Source: Escherichia coli (GTDB lineage Bacteria > Pseudomonadota > Gammaproteobacteria > Enterobacterales > Enterobacteriaceae). From it: 64,000 nt of DNA. The DNA is taken from NCBI RefSeq assembly GCF_030013205.1, contig NZ_CP122648.1. The stretch is one strand, 5' to 3'. The position numbers and the translations under genes are program-made. Positions 25,404 to 36,175 of this stretch are shown piece by piece. The notes below the pieces were generated by a model. The model worked only from the letters and a program-made list of their open reading frames with translations. It did not search any database and was not told the DNA's origin. Numbering within the stretch: position 1 is the stretch's first letter; every line of letters begins with the position of its first letter.

Positions 25404-27740
25404 ATGAAGCAAATTCGTCTGCTGGCGCAGTATTATGTTGACCTGATGATGAAGTTAGGTCTGGTGCGCTTCTCAATGTTGCTGGCGCTGGCCCTCGTCG
25501 TTCTTGCCATTGTGGTACAAATGGCGGTAACCATGGTGCTGCATGGTCAGGTCGAAAGCATTGATGTTATTCGTTCTATCTTCTTTGGTTTGCTGATTAC
25601 GCCGTGGGCGGTCTACTTTCTATCGGTGGTCGTCGAGCAACTGGAGGAGTCACGGCAACGTCTGTCACGGCTGGTGCAAAAACTGGAGGAGATGCGCGAG
25701 CGCGATTTGAGCCTCAACGTTCAGTTAAAAGATAATATTGCCCAGCTAAATCAGGAAATCGCCGTTCGTGAAAAAGCGGAAGCAGAACTGCAGGAAACCT
25801 TCGGCCAACTGAAAATTGAAATTAAAGAGCGCGAAGAGACACAAATTCAGCTCGAACAGCAATCCTCATTCTTACGTTCCTTTCTTGATGCTTCACCCGA
25901 CCTGGTTTTTTATCGTAACGAAGATAAAGAGTTTTCCGGCTGTAACCGCGCGATGGAGCTGCTGACCGGAAAAAGCGAAAAACAACTGGTTCACCTGAAA
26001 CCTGCTGATGTTTACTCACCGGAAGCCGCCGCAAAAGTCATTGAAACCGATGAAAAAGTGTTCCGTCATAATGTGTCACTGACCTATGAACAGTGGCTGG
26101 ATTACCCGGACGGGCGCAAAGCCTGTTTTGAAATCCGTAAAGTGCCGTACTACGACCGCGTGGGTAAACGTCACGGTTTGATGGGTTTTGGTCGCGACAT
26201 TACCGAGCGTAAGCGGTATCAGGATGCGCTTGAACGGGCCAGCCGCGACAAAACGACGTTTATCTCCACCATCAGTCACGAATTGCGTACACCGCTGAAT
26301 GGTATCGTCGGCCTGAGCCGCATTCTGCTGGATACCGAACTCACCGCCGAGCAGGAAAAATATCTCAAAACCATCCATGTTTCGGCCGTCACGCTCGGGA
26401 ATATCTTCAACGATATTATCGACATGGATAAGATGGAACGGCGTAAGGTCCAGCTTGATAATCAGCCGGTTGATTTCACCAGCTTCCTTGCCGATCTGGA
26501 AAATCTCTCCGCATTGCAGGCGCAACAAAAAGGATTGCGCTTTAATCTGGAGCCTACGCTGCCATTACCGCATCAGGTCATTACCGACGGGACGCGTTTA
26601 CGGCAGATCCTGTGGAATCTCATCAGTAACGCCGTCAAATTCACCCAGCAAGGCCAGGTTACCGTGCGCGTGCGCTACGATGAAGGCGATATGCTGCATT
26701 TTGAAGTGGAAGACTCTGGTATCGGCATTCCGCAGGATGAGCTGGATAAAATCTTTGCCATGTATTACCAGGTGAAAGACAGTCATGGCGGTAAACCTGC
26801 CACCGGCACCGGTATTGGTCTGGCCGTTTCTCGTCGTCTGGCGAAAAATATGGGCGGCGATATTACGGTTACCAGCGAACAGGGTAAAGGTTCAACCTTT
26901 ACGTTGACGATCCACGCACCGTCGGTGGCTGAAGAGGTCGATGATGCGTTTGATGAAGACGATATGCCTTTACCGGCGCTGAATGTGCTGCTGGTGGAAG
27001 ACATTGAACTGAACGTGATTGTCGCGCGTTCTGTGCTGGAAAAATTAGGTAACAGCGTTGATGTCGCCATGACCGGCAAGGCGGCGCTGGAGATGTTTAA
27101 ACCGGGCGAATACGACCTGGTATTGCTGGATATTCAGTTGCCAGATATGACCGGGCTGGATATCTCTCGTGAACTGACGAAGCGTTATCCGCGCGAGGAT
27201 TTACCGCCGCTGGTGGCCTTAACCGCTAACGTGCTGAAAGACAAGCAAGAGTACCTCAATGCTGGAATGGATGATGTGCTGAGTAAGCCGCTTTCTGTTC
27301 CGGCGCTAACCGCGATGATCAAGAAATTCTGGGATACCCAGGATGATGAGGAGAGTACGGTGACGACAGAAGAGAACAGTAAATCAGAAGCATTGCTCGA
27401 TATTCCCATGCTGGAACAGTATCTCGAACTTGTAGGACCGAAGCTGATCACCGACGGGTTAGCGGTGTTTGAGAAGATGATGCCGGGCTATGTCAGCGTG
27501 CTGGAGTCGAATCTGACGGCGCAGGATAAAAAAGGCATTGTTGAGGAAGGACATAAAATTAAAGGTGCGGCGGGGTCAGTGGGGTTACGCCATCTGCAAC
27601 AGCTGGGTCAGCAAATTCAGTCTCCTGACCTTCCCGCCTGGGAAGATAACGTCGGTGAATGGATTGAAGAGATGAAAGAAGAGTGGCGTCACGACGTAGA
27701 AGTACTGAAAGCGTGGGTGGCAAAAGCCACTAAAAAATGA
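25404..27740 (+). CDS. arcB: aerobic respiration control sensor kinase ArcB
   Basis: 778 aa MKQIRLLAQYYVDLMMKLGLVRF...; transmitter H-box ISHELRTPLN, receiver and HPt domains. Confidence 0.97.
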   Translation: MKQIRLLAQYYVDLMMKLGLVRFSMLLALALVVLAIVVQMAVTMVLHGQVESIDVIRSIFFGLLITPWAVYFLSVVVEQLEESRQRLSRLVQKLEEMRERDLSLNVQLKDNIAQLNQEIAVREKAEAELQETFGQLKIEIKEREETQIQLEQQSSFLRSFLDASPDLVFYRNEDKEFSGCNRAMELLTGKSEKQLVHLKPADVYSPEAAAKVIETDEKVFRHNVSLTYEQWLDYPDGRKACFEIRKVPYYDRVGKRHGLMGFGRDITERKRYQDALERASRDKTTFISTISHELRTPLNGIVGLSRILLDTELTAEQEKYLKTIHVSAVTLGNIFNDIIDMDKMERRKVQLDNQPVDFTSFLADLENLSALQAQQKGLRFNLEPTLPLPHQVITDGTRLRQILWNLISNAVKFTQQGQVTVRVRYDEGDMLHFEVEDSGIGIPQDELDKIFAMYYQVKDSHGGKPATGTGIGLAVSRRLAKNMGGDITVTSEQGKGSTFTLTIHAPSVAEEVDDAFDEDDMPLPALNVLLVEDIELNVIVARSVLEKLGNSVDVAMTGKAALEMFKPGEYDLVLLDIQLPDMTGLDISRELTKRYPREDLPPLVALTANVLKDKQEYLNAGMDDVLSKPLSVPALTAMIKKFWDTQDDEESTVTTEENSKSEALLDIPMLEQYLELVGPKLITDGLAVFEKMMPGYVSVLESNLTAQDKKGIVEEGHKIKGAAGSVGLRHLQQLGQQIQSPDLPAWEDNVGEWIEEMKEEWRHDVEVLKAWVAKATKK

Positions 27741-27853
27741 CCCCGGCTAGACCGGGGTGCGCGAATACTGCGCCAACACCAGGGAAATCTTGGCTGCGCC
27801 GTAAATTATTATGATGAGTTACAAGGGCACAGCACTGTTTTTCAGGCCGCACG
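27733..27853 (-). ncRNA. arcZ: small regulatory RNA ArcZ
   Basis: minus-strand sequence gtgcggcctgaaaaacagtgctgtgccc...ccccggtctagccggggtcatttttt matches ArcZ as I recall it; its terminator overlaps the arcB stop codon. Confidence 0.85.
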
Positions 27854-27969
27854 CAGTTAAGATAGCAAAACTTAAATGATTTGTTACATGAATCAGTTAA
27901 ATGTGTGATGCGTAGCATTTTTATTAAAAAAATTAATGTGTTTCAGTCAATTGCGAAAGGATGATCACA

Positions 27970-28623
27970 ATGAAGAAAATTGGCGTAATTCTGAGCGGAT
28001 GCGGCGTCTATGACGGTTCTGAAATTCATGAAGCGGTGTTGACGTTGTTAGCTATTTCACGCAGCGGTGCGCAGGCGGTCTGCTTTGCACCGGATAAGCA
28101 GCAGGTTGATGTTATCAACCATTTAACGGGCGAAGCGATGACGGAAACGCGCAATGTGCTGATTGAAGCGGCACGAATAACGCGCGGTGAAATCCGTCCT
28201 CTGGCCCAGGCCGATGCCGCTGAACTGGATGCGTTGATTGTGCCGGGGGGGTTTGGCGCGGCGAAGAATTTAAGCAATTTTGCCAGTCTTGGTAGCGAAT
28301 GCACCGTTGACCGTGAATTAAAGGCGCTGGCACAAGCGATGCATCAGGCCGGAAAACCGCTTGGTTTTATGTGTATTGCCCCGGCGATGCTGCCGAAAAT
28401 TTTCGATTTCCCGCTGCGTTTGACCATCGGTACTGATATCGATACCGCAGAAGTGCTGGAAGAGATGGGCGCGGAGCATGTGCCGTGTCCTGTCGATGAT
28501 ATCGTGGTTGATGAAGACAATAAGATTGTCACCACCCCGGCATATATGCTGGCGCAGAACATTGCAGAAGCGGCGAGCGGCATTGATAAGCTGGTTTCCC
28601 GCGTGCTGGTCCTGGCGGAATGA
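27970..28623 (+). CDS. elbB: DJ-1/PfpI-family protein ElbB
   Basis: 217 aa from [23 protein letters not shown]. Confidence 0.93.
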   Translation: MKKIGVILSGCGVYDGSEIHEAVLTLLAISRSGAQAVCFAPDKQQVDVINHLTGEAMTETRNVLIEAARITRGEIRPLAQADAAELDALIVPGGFGAAKNLSNFASLGSECTVDRELKALAQAMHQAGKPLGFMCIAPAMLPKIFDFPLRLTIGTDIDTAEVLEEMGAEHVPCPVDDIVVDEDNKIVTTPAYMLAQNIAEAASGIDKLVSRVLVLAE

Positions 28624-29348
28624 GTAAAAGCCGCTTAACGGTGTTTAGTTTCATTCGCCGTTTTCTTCTGCGGTTAATGGTTGTCCTCGCCGTTTTCTGG
28701 GGCGGGGGCATTGCGTTGTTTAGCGTTGCGCCTGTTCCTTTCTCTGCGGTAATGGTCGAGCGGCAAGTCAGCGCCTGGCTGCATGGCAATTTTCGTTACG
28801 TGGCACATTCTGACTGGGTCAACATGGATCAAATCTCGCCGTGGATGGGACTGGCGGTGATTGCCGCAGAAGATCAGAAGTTTCCTGAGCACTGGGGCTT
28901 TGATGTCGCTTCCATTGAGCAAGCCCTGGCGCACAACGAACGCAATGAAAACCGTATTCGCGGTGCGTCGACGATTTCTCAGCAGACAGCCAAAAATCTC
29001 TTTTTATGGGATGGGCGCAGCTGGGTTCGAAAAGGGCTGGAAGCCGGATTAACGCTGGGGATAGAAACTGTCTGGAGCAAAAAGCGTATCCTGACGGTTT
29101 ACCTGAATATCGCCGAATTTGGCGACGGTGTGTTTGGCGTCGAAGCTGCGGCACAACGTTATTTCCACAAACCCGCGAGCAAACTTACCCGCTCGGAAGC
29201 TGCATTACTGGCTGCTGTATTACCTAATCCACTTCGTTTCAAAGTCTCCGCGCCATCGGGCTACGTGCGTAGCCGTCAGGCGTGGATTTTACGGCAGATG
29301 TATCAGTTAGGCGGTGAGTCGTTTATGCAACAGCACCAGCTGGATTAA
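28620..29348 (+). CDS. mtgA: monofunctional peptidoglycan glycosyltransferase
   Basis: 242 aa [29 protein letters not shown]...; start overlaps the elbB stop. Confidence 0.95.
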   Translation: MSKSRLTVFSFIRRFLLRLMVVLAVFWGGGIALFSVAPVPFSAVMVERQVSAWLHGNFRYVAHSDWVNMDQISPWMGLAVIAAEDQKFPEHWGFDVASIEQALAHNERNENRIRGASTISQQTAKNLFLWDGRSWVRKGLEAGLTLGIETVWSKKRILTVYLNIAEFGDGVFGVEAAAQRYFHKPASKLTRSEAALLAAVLPNPLRFKVSAPSGYVRSRQAWILRQMYQLGGESFMQQHQLD

Positions 29349-29977
29349 GCTTCGCGCGAAGTGAGGGCCAGCGTTTTGCTCTCACGAGGTTGCAGATCTT
29401 TCTGCAGGGCAATAGCCAGCGCCGGTTGGGCGATAAATCGTTTCCATAACCGCTCTTGCTTACGCAGACAACACCACTTCGACCAGGTCGCCAGTGGAAT
29501 CAATGTGCTTTCACCAATGTTGTCGCAGACGACGGGGATAACCTCTGACTCACTGATGCGGTGACAGAGGATATTCTGCGGCTTCAGCGACATCGTCACG
29601 ATACGGTTATCCTGCAAATAACGCTTCAGCTGTTTCAGTAGCTGGCGCAGTTGTGCAATGTCTTCTTCGTAACGGCATTGTTCAGCAAATTCGGTCAGCG
29701 TAATGGAGGGTTTGCCGTCAAAATCTGCAATCACATCGTAGACATAACCGGTTCCGCAATCCGTCTCAACGGTACCGTGATAGCGCGGTATTCCACTCCA
29801 GTCTTTTAACCGACGACCAAGATGCGCGTAGTACTTTAACTCACGGCGGATCTCTTTATCGCCACCATCGCCACGATGGTAGACAATCTTGATACAGCGT
29901 TGGGCATCTTCCGGATGCGCATAACATTTCCGATGTCTTCCGGTGCCCAGGGGACTTTGTTCAGATAAGCGAATCAT
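29345..29977 (-). CDS. yrbL: PhoP-regulated protein YrbL
   Basis: 210 aa from [28 protein letters not shown] (internal ATG; track ORF starts at an upstream TTG). Confidence 0.9.
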   Translation of the reverse strand: MIRLSEQSPLGTGRHRKCYAHPEDAQRCIKIVYHRGDGGDKEIRRELKYYAHLGRRLKDWSGIPRYHGTVETDCGTGYVYDVIADFDGKPSITLTEFAEQCRYEEDIAQLRQLLKQLKRYLQDNRIVTMSLKPQNILCHRISESEVIPVVCDNIGESTLIPLATWSKWCCLRKQERLWKRFIAQPALAIALQKDLQPRESKTLALTSREA

Positions 29978-30027
29978 GCCATCTCCTGGAAATATTTTCT
30001 GACGATCTCCAGTATGGTCGATTAACT

Positions 30028-30044
30028 TAAACAAAACCTAAACA
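30028..30044 (-). promoter_or_regulatory. PhoP box upstream of yrbL
   Basis: minus-strand TGTTTA-GGTTT-TGTTTA direct repeat about 50-65 bp upstream of the yrbL ATG; matches the (T/G)GTTTA-N5-(T/G)GTTTA consensus. Confidence 0.7.
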
Positions 30045-30189
30045 ATGCCTCTTAAGGTTTTCTTAAGGTTCTTCTGAAAGTGAAAAGCGCACAAAATGTA
30101 CAAATGACGTTGATTGAGAACGATTTCAGTACGCGCTTTTCTTATTGCCGGAGGAGCTTGAAGGGATTTGAATGTCAAAGTGATGAAGA

Positions 30190-30462
30190 TTAATCTTCAT
30201 CAAAACCAGAGTTAAAGAGGGCGATAACGGCGGCCAGTGCTTCCTCTTCCTGTGGACCGGTCGCTTCAACTTCAATCTGCCGTCCTTTGGCAGAATCCAA
30301 CATCAGCAGCGCAATAACGCTGTTGGCTTCAGCCTCGGTGCCTTCGTCATTACGTAACAGCACTTCAGCGTCAAAACCCTGCATTAATTCAAACAGCTTC
30401 ATTGCAGGCCGGGCATGCATGCCCAGCTTGTTTGTGATTTCAACAGTTTGCTTGACGGTCAT
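30190..30462 (-). CDS. ptsO: nitrogen-PTS phosphocarrier NPr
   Basis: 90 aa [24 protein letters not shown]...; HPr-like with active-site His. Confidence 0.95.
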
Positions 30463-31313
30463 GGTTTACGTTTTTCCAGCGTCCGATGGCGTGACTGGAC
30501 GTTTTTACCGCGCGAGCGGAAGTAGTCTGCCAGTTGCTCTGCAATATACACCGAACGGTGCTTCCCGCCGGTACAACCAATGGCGACCGTCAGGTAGCTA
30601 CGGTTGTTGGTTTCCAGCATAGGTAACCATAGCTCAAGATAGCTTCGCGTCTGGTAGATAAAATTGTGTACTTCTGTGTGGCGGTCGAGGAACGCGGCGA
30701 CAGGTTTATCAAGACCTGTCATTGGACGCAGTTTCGGATCCCAGTGCGGGTTCGGCAAGAAGCGCACGTCAAAGACGTAATCTGCATCGATAGGGATACC
30801 GTGTTTGAAGCCGAAAGACTCAAAGACCATTGTCAGTTCGCGTTCACGTTTACCCAGCAGACGGGTACGCAGCATTTCAGCCAGCTCGTGAACGGACATT
30901 TCTGAGGTATCGACAATCAGATCCGCTCGCGAACGCAGAGGCTCCAGCAAATCGCTTTCTTTGTCGATAGCACTTTCCAGCGACAGGTTTTTGCTGGAAA
31001 GCGGATGCAGTCGGCGCGTGTCACTGTAACGACGAATTAAGGTATTACGGTCGGCATCCAGGAACAGGAGTTGCGGTGAGAAAGCGTCAGGCAGGTTACT
31101 CATCGCCTGTTCGAATATTTCTGGTGACTCCGGCATATTACGAACATCAATGCTGACGGCGGCAGAAATCTCGCGATCGGCCAGGGTTCGAGCCAGATCG
31201 GGTAACAACACTACGGGAAGGTTATCCACGCAGTAAAAACCCATATCTTCCAGCGCACGCAGGGCGACAGATTTACCTGAACCTGAACGTCCGCTGACGA
31301 TCATCAGTACCAT
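30459..31313 (-). CDS. rapZ: RNase adaptor protein RapZ
   Basis: 284 aa [26 protein letters not shown]... with Walker A. Confidence 0.95.
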
Positions 31314-31358
31314 GTACTGTTTCTCCTCACAACGTCTAAAAGAGACATTACCGAATAA

Positions 31359-31850
31359 CTACGCTTCATCCGGAGTACCTTCGGTATCCGTAATGATTTG
31401 ATACAGCTCTTCATCGCTCTGGGCTGCGCGTAAACGGCGGCAGATGGTTTTGTCCGCCAGACGTTTCGCCACCAGTGACAGAGTATGCAGGTGCGTTTTA
31501 GTTTGGTCTGCCGGCACCAGCAGGGCAAAAAGTAAGTCCACCGGTTGGTTGTCGATGGCATCGAAAGCTATAGGCGTTTCGAGCTGAACGAAAACGCCAA
31601 CGGCGCGCAGAGTATCTTCTTCCAGTTTGCCATGCGGAATGGCAATACCATTGCCGATACCGGTACTGCCCATTTTTTCCCGCGTCAGGATAGCTTCAAA
31701 AACCACCTGAGGCGGCAGACTAAGTTGTTTCGCCGCCAGCTCGCTGATGATTTCCAGGGCGCGTTTTTTGCTCTGACAGTGGACGCGGCTTCGCGTACAT
31801 TCCCTGTTAAGAACACTGCTAAGCTGTAGAGTTGTATCATTATTTGTCAT
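31359..31850 (-). CDS. ptsN: nitrogen-PTS EIIA-Ntr
   Basis: 163 aa from MTNNDTTLQLSSVLNRECTRSRVH. Confidence 0.95.
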   Translation of the reverse strand: MTNNDTTLQLSSVLNRECTRSRVHCQSKKRALEIISELAAKQLSLPPQVVFEAILTREKMGSTGIGNGIAIPHGKLEEDTLRAVGVFVQLETPIAFDAIDNQPVDLLFALLVPADQTKTHLHTLSLVAKRLADKTICRRLRAAQSDEELYQIITDTEGTPDEA

Positions 31851-31967
31851 AATTTCACCTAAGAACCTGCCCACTCAAACAGTGGAACAGGCTCGGAGCA
31901 TTAACCGTACAAATGGCCCGTTGTGCCGCACAACAGGCCGCCATGCACATGCTAATTGCCCGGACAA

Positions 31968-32255
31968 TTAGTGTTGTTTCAGTTTATCTTTATGTTTGGT
32001 CAACTGGCGTGCCAGCTTATCAATTAAGCCATCAATGGCAGCGTACATGTCCTGACCTTCCGCGCTGGCATGAATTTCACCACCGTTTACATGCAGTGTT
32101 GCATCTGAGGTGTGGGTGACTTTCTCCACTTTCAGAACAACATAGACCTGGTTGATTCGGTCAAAATATTGCTCAAGTTTGGCAAATTTGGCTGTAACAA
32201 ATTCGCGCAGTGCCTCGGTGATCTCGACGTTATTTCCGGTAATGTTGAGCTGCAT
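31968..32255 (-). CDS. hpf: ribosome hibernation promoting factor
   Basis: 95 aa from MQLNITGNNVEITEALREFV. Confidence 0.95.
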   Translation of the reverse strand: MQLNITGNNVEITEALREFVTAKFAKLEQYFDRINQVYVVLKVEKVTHTSDATLHVNGGEIHASAEGQDMYAAIDGLIDKLARQLTKHKDKLKQH

Positions 32256-32277
32256 AGTGTCTTCCTTATCGGTTGGG

Positions 32278-33711
32278 TCAAACGAGCTGTTTACGCTGGT
32301 TTGACGGCGGAATGGATAAAGACTCTCGGTACTTCGCAACAGTGCGGCGTGCCACCATGATACCTTGTTCCGACAGCAAAGAGGTTAACTTGCTGTCGCT
32401 CAATGGTTTCGCTGGGTTTTCCGCCGCGATTAATTTCTTCACCAGCGCACGAATCGCCGTGGAGGAAGCTTCGCCGCCGCCCTCGGTATTGACGTGACTG
32501 GAAAAGAAATACTTCAGTTCAAAAATGCCTCGTGGACTATGCAGGTATTTTTGCGTGGTCACGCGAGATATCGTCGATTCATGCATTTCGACAGCCTGGG
32601 CGATATCGGCCAGTACCATCGGTTTCATATATTCTTCACCTTGCTCAAAGAAGGCTTGCTGCTGTTCAACGATACAGCGACTCACGCGCAGTAGCGTATC
32701 GTTACGGCTTTCCAGACTCTTGATCAACCATTTGGCATCCTGCAGATTGCTGCGGATAAACTGGCTATCACCATCGTTGCGCGCGTTATTGCACATCGAG
32801 GCGTAGTGCTGGTTGATTTGCAGACGCGGAATGCTGTCACTGTTGAGTTCTACCGTCCAGTGACCGTTATGCTTACGCACCAGCACATCTGGAATGACAT
32901 ACTCAGGTTCGCCCGTCTGGATCGACTGCCCGGGGCGCGGATCGAGCGACTGGATCAGATTGACGGCTTCTTTCAGCACATCTTCTTTCAGACGCGTGAC
33001 GCGCATTAAAGTGCGGAAGTCGTGATTGGCTAACAGATCGAGATGATCGCTAATAATCAGTCTGGCCTCTTCCAGCCACGGCGTGGTTTTATCGAATTGG
33101 GAGAGTTGGATCAGCAGGCAGTCACGCAGATCTTTTGCCGCCACACCGACCGGATCAAACCGTTGGATCCGCTTAAGGACGGCTTCAACTTCGTCGATGT
33201 CGATCTCTTCATCGCCCATACTTTCGAGAATATCTTCCAGCGGGACAGTCAGATAACCGGTGTCATCAACGGCATCGACGATAGAGGTAGCAATGGCGCG
33301 GTCAGTATCGGAAAACGGTGTCAGCTCGACCTGCCACATCAGGTAATCCTGCAAGGTCTGCGTCGTTTCGCCCTGATAGACCGGCAGCTCGTCGTCAATG
33401 TAGTCACCGCTGGTGCCGGATGGTGTACCAGCGGTGTAAATGGTGTCCCAACTGGCATCGAGCGGCAGCTCTTCCGGCATCTCTTTTTGTTCGAGCGCGT
33501 CGGCGGTGTCCAGCGTTTCACTGTCTTGCGTTTCGCGGGTGTCGATTTCTTCATGAGTGTCGATTTGCTCAAGCAGCGGATTACTCTCCAGCGCCTGCTG
33601 TAGCTCCTGCTGAAGTTCCAGCGTCGACAACTGCAACAGACGAATTGCCTGTTGGAGCTGTGGCGTCATCGCCAGTTGTTGGCTAAGCCTGAGTTGCAAA
33701 CCTTGCTTCAT
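32278..33711 (-). CDS. rpoN: RNA polymerase sigma-54 factor
   Basis: 477 aa [33 protein letters not shown]...; C-terminal RpoN box ARRTVAKYR. Confidence 0.97.
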   Translation of the reverse strand: MKQGLQLRLSQQLAMTPQLQQAIRLLQLSTLELQQELQQALESNPLLEQIDTHEEIDTRETQDSETLDTADALEQKEMPEELPLDASWDTIYTAGTPSGTSGDYIDDELPVYQGETTQTLQDYLMWQVELTPFSDTDRAIATSIVDAVDDTGYLTVPLEDILESMGDEEIDIDEVEAVLKRIQRFDPVGVAAKDLRDCLLIQLSQFDKTTPWLEEARLIISDHLDLLANHDFRTLMRVTRLKEDVLKEAVNLIQSLDPRPGQSIQTGEPEYVIPDVLVRKHNGHWTVELNSDSIPRLQINQHYASMCNNARNDGDSQFIRSNLQDAKWLIKSLESRNDTLLRVSRCIVEQQQAFFEQGEEYMKPMVLADIAQAVEMHESTISRVTTQKYLHSPRGIFELKYFFSSHVNTEGGGEASSTAIRALVKKLIAAENPAKPLSDSKLTSLLSEQGIMVARRTVAKYRESLSIPPSNQRKQLV

Positions 33712-33758
33712 GTTCAGAATCGTACTCTCCTGCTAAAACGTCGCAAACTTCTACCCTA

Positions 33759-34484
33759 TCAGAGTCTGAAGTCTTCCCCAAGGTATACACGCTTAACGTG
33801 TTCGTCTTGTAAGATTTCCGTAGGCGTGCCGTGGGCGATCAAATGCCCCTGACTGACGATATAAGCGCGTTCACAAACCGCCAGTGTTTCACGCACGTTG
33901 TGGTCAGTGATCAGTACGCCCAGGCCGCTGTCGCGCAGGTGCTCAATGATGCGTTTAATGTCGATAACCGAGATCGGGTCAACCCCGGCAAACGGTTCGT
34001 CGAGCAGAATAAATTTCGGATTCGCAGCCAGTGCGCGGGCAATTTCTACACGGCGACGTTCACCCCCGGAGAGTGACTGCCCCATGCTGTCACGCAGGTG
34101 CTCAATGTGAAACTCTTCCATCAGCTCGTTCGCGCGGTCTTCACGTTGTTCAGCAGACAAGTCGTCACGAATTTGCAGTACCGCCATCAGGTTATCGTAA
34201 ACGCTGAGGCGACGGAAAATGGAGGCTTCCTGTGGCAGATAGCCGATACCGCGGCGCGCGCGTGCATGCAGAGGCAGCAGACTGATATCGTCATCATCAA
34301 TAATGATGTTGCCCGCATCGCGCGGCACAATGCCTACAACCATGTAGAAAGTGGTGGTCTTACCGGCACCGTTTGGCCCCAGCAGACCGACAATTTCCCC
34401 GGAGTTGACGGTCAGGCTGACGTCTTCTACCACGCGACGGCCTTTATAGGCTTTTGCAAGGTTCTTTGCAGTTAATGTTGCCAT
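33759..34484 (-). CDS. lptB: LPS export ABC transporter ATPase LptB
   Basis: 241 aa [24 protein letters not shown]...; Walker [10 protein letters not shown]. Confidence 0.96.
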
Positions 34485-34490
34485 AACGAA

Positions 34491-35048
34491 TTAATTACCC
34501 TTCTTCTGTGCCGGGGTCTGGCCTTTGTTGTTTTTGTCCTGCAGCTGCGACGGCACCAGAACGGTGGTTACGCGCTTACCTTTGTCGCTGAAAGCCTGCA
34601 TTTTCTGCTCTTTCACCAGGTAAGTGATCTTATCGCCCTTAATGTTGCTATCGACCTGCTGCAGATAAGCATTACCCGTCAGAACGACAAAATCTTTTGC
34701 CAGTTCGTAGTGCATCTGGGAAGCGTGACCTTCAACGGGTTTACCATTGTCCTGCATCTGGTAGAACGTTGCCGGTTTACCGTAGCCGTCAATCACTTCT
34801 TTACCTTGTTCGCCGCCCGGACGGGTAACGACCACTTTGTCGGCATTAATTTTGATGGTGCCCTGGGTGACGATGACATTACCGGTAAAGGTAACCACGT
34901 TGCCTTGCATATCAAGAGATTGCTGGTCCGATTCAATGTGGATCGGCTGATCAGTGTCTCCGGTTACGGCAAATGCCGGAATGCTGGCGGCCAGAAGTGA
35001 GCTGGCAAGCACAAGATTAAGGCTGAGTTTGTTTGTTTTGAATTTCAT
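34491..35048 (-). CDS. lptA: LPS transport periplasmic protein LptA
   Basis: 185 aa from MKFKTNKLSLNLVLASSLLAASIPAFA (signal peptide). Confidence 0.95.
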   Translation of the reverse strand: MKFKTNKLSLNLVLASSLLAASIPAFAVTGDTDQPIHIESDQQSLDMQGNVVTFTGNVIVTQGTIKINADKVVVTRPGGEQGKEVIDGYGKPATFYQMQDNGKPVEGHASQMHYELAKDFVVLTGNAYLQQVDSNIKGDKITYLVKEQKMQAFSDKGKRVTTVLVPSQLQDKNNKGQTPAQKKGN

Positions 35049-35592
35049 AGGATGTTCTAACCTTTTCAATCAGCTCGGCGTTCTTGCTGCGTAAGTTGCC
35101 GCGCATTTTCAGACCGCTGGAGTTAAATGTTGTTCCGTATAACGTGACGAGGTCTTCAGAGGTAACATCCTGCGTCACCAGATTGATCTGCGCGTTATCC
35201 GTCGTGATTCTGCGAAGTTGAGAGTCCGGCACAAGTGCGTTGACTTCAACGTGTCCATATAAATAGAGCATCCGGTCATTGGTCAGCTTGGCTTTATCTG
35301 CTTTTACGGACCATGTCGGGATTTTATCCTTATCAAACGTGGTAAGTACCGGCTGCGTAAACCACGAAACGGCCTGATCGGAATAATATTCAACATGTTG
35401 AGCAATCAATCGATAGCTTAGTGCCCCTTCTGGGTTATAGACGAGCGTGTCCGTATGCTCGCTTTTATAGGTGGGATCATTGTTGTTGACGACCACCTGG
35501 GCGGTATCGTCTTTTTCGGCCATATTAATGCCGATCATCACCAGAACCGCCAGTGATAGCACAATGATAACCCAACGTCTGGCTTTACTCAT
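35017..35592 (-). CDS. lptC: LPS export system protein LptC
   Basis: 191 aa MSKARRWVIIVLSLAVLVMIGINMAEKDD...; 3' end overlaps the lptA start by about 32 nt. Confidence 0.95.
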   Translation of the reverse strand: MSKARRWVIIVLSLAVLVMIGINMAEKDDTAQVVVNNNDPTYKSEHTDTLVYNPEGALSYRLIAQHVEYYSDQAVSWFTQPVLTTFDKDKIPTWSVKADKAKLTNDRMLYLYGHVEVNALVPDSQLRRITTDNAQINLVTQDVTSEDLVTLYGTTFNSSGLKMRGNLRSKNAELIEKVRTSYEIQNKQTQP

Positions 35593-36155
35593 ATCGATTG
35601 CCCTTTGGCTTCATCCAGTTTGCCCTGCGCCAGGAGTAATAAGTCGCAAACTTCACGCACTGCACCACGACCGCCAGCAATGCGCGTCACGTAATCGGCG
35701 CGCGGGAGCAACAGTGGATGCGCATCGGCCACGGCGACGCTTAAACCCACTTTTTCCATTACCGGCCAGTCGATGAGATCATCGCCGACATAAGCCACAT
35801 TTTCCGGGGCAATCGCCAGTTTTTCCAGCAAATCGCTAAAGGCGATCAGTTTGTTTGACTGCCCCTGATACAAGTGAGTGATCCCCAATGTGGCACAACG
35901 ATCTTCTACCAGTTTAGCCTTTCGCCCGGTAATGATAGCGACTTCAATATCAGAGGTGAGCGCACAACGAATGCCATAACCGTCACGAACATTGAACGCT
36001 TTCAGCTCTTCGCCATTATTGCCCATATAAATCAGGCCATCTGACAGTACGCCATCGACATCGAGGATCAGCAGACGAATGTTCTCTGCTTTTGCTATAA
36101 CGTCGGCGCTGACAGGGCCGTAACAGGTCGCAAGCGACGCACCTGCTTTGCTCAT
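35589..36155 (-). CDS. kdsC: KDO-8-phosphate phosphatase
   Basis: 188 aa MSKAGASLATCYGPVSADVIAKAENIRLLILDVDGVL (HAD motif). Confidence 0.95.
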   Translation of the reverse strand: MSKAGASLATCYGPVSADVIAKAENIRLLILDVDGVLSDGLIYMGNNGEELKAFNVRDGYGIRCALTSDIEVAIITGRKAKLVEDRCATLGITHLYQGQSNKLIAFSDLLEKLAIAPENVAYVGDDLIDWPVMEKVGLSVAVADAHPLLLPRADYVTRIAGGRGAVREVCDLLLLAQGKLDEAKGQSI

Positions 36156-36175
36156 TGTTGTTTATCCTTGAATCT

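Noticed and set aside
27730-27918. 62-aa ORF on the minus strand between arcB and elbB
   Set aside because: Coincides with the ArcZ sRNA and its promoter; best explained as a non-coding RNA locus.
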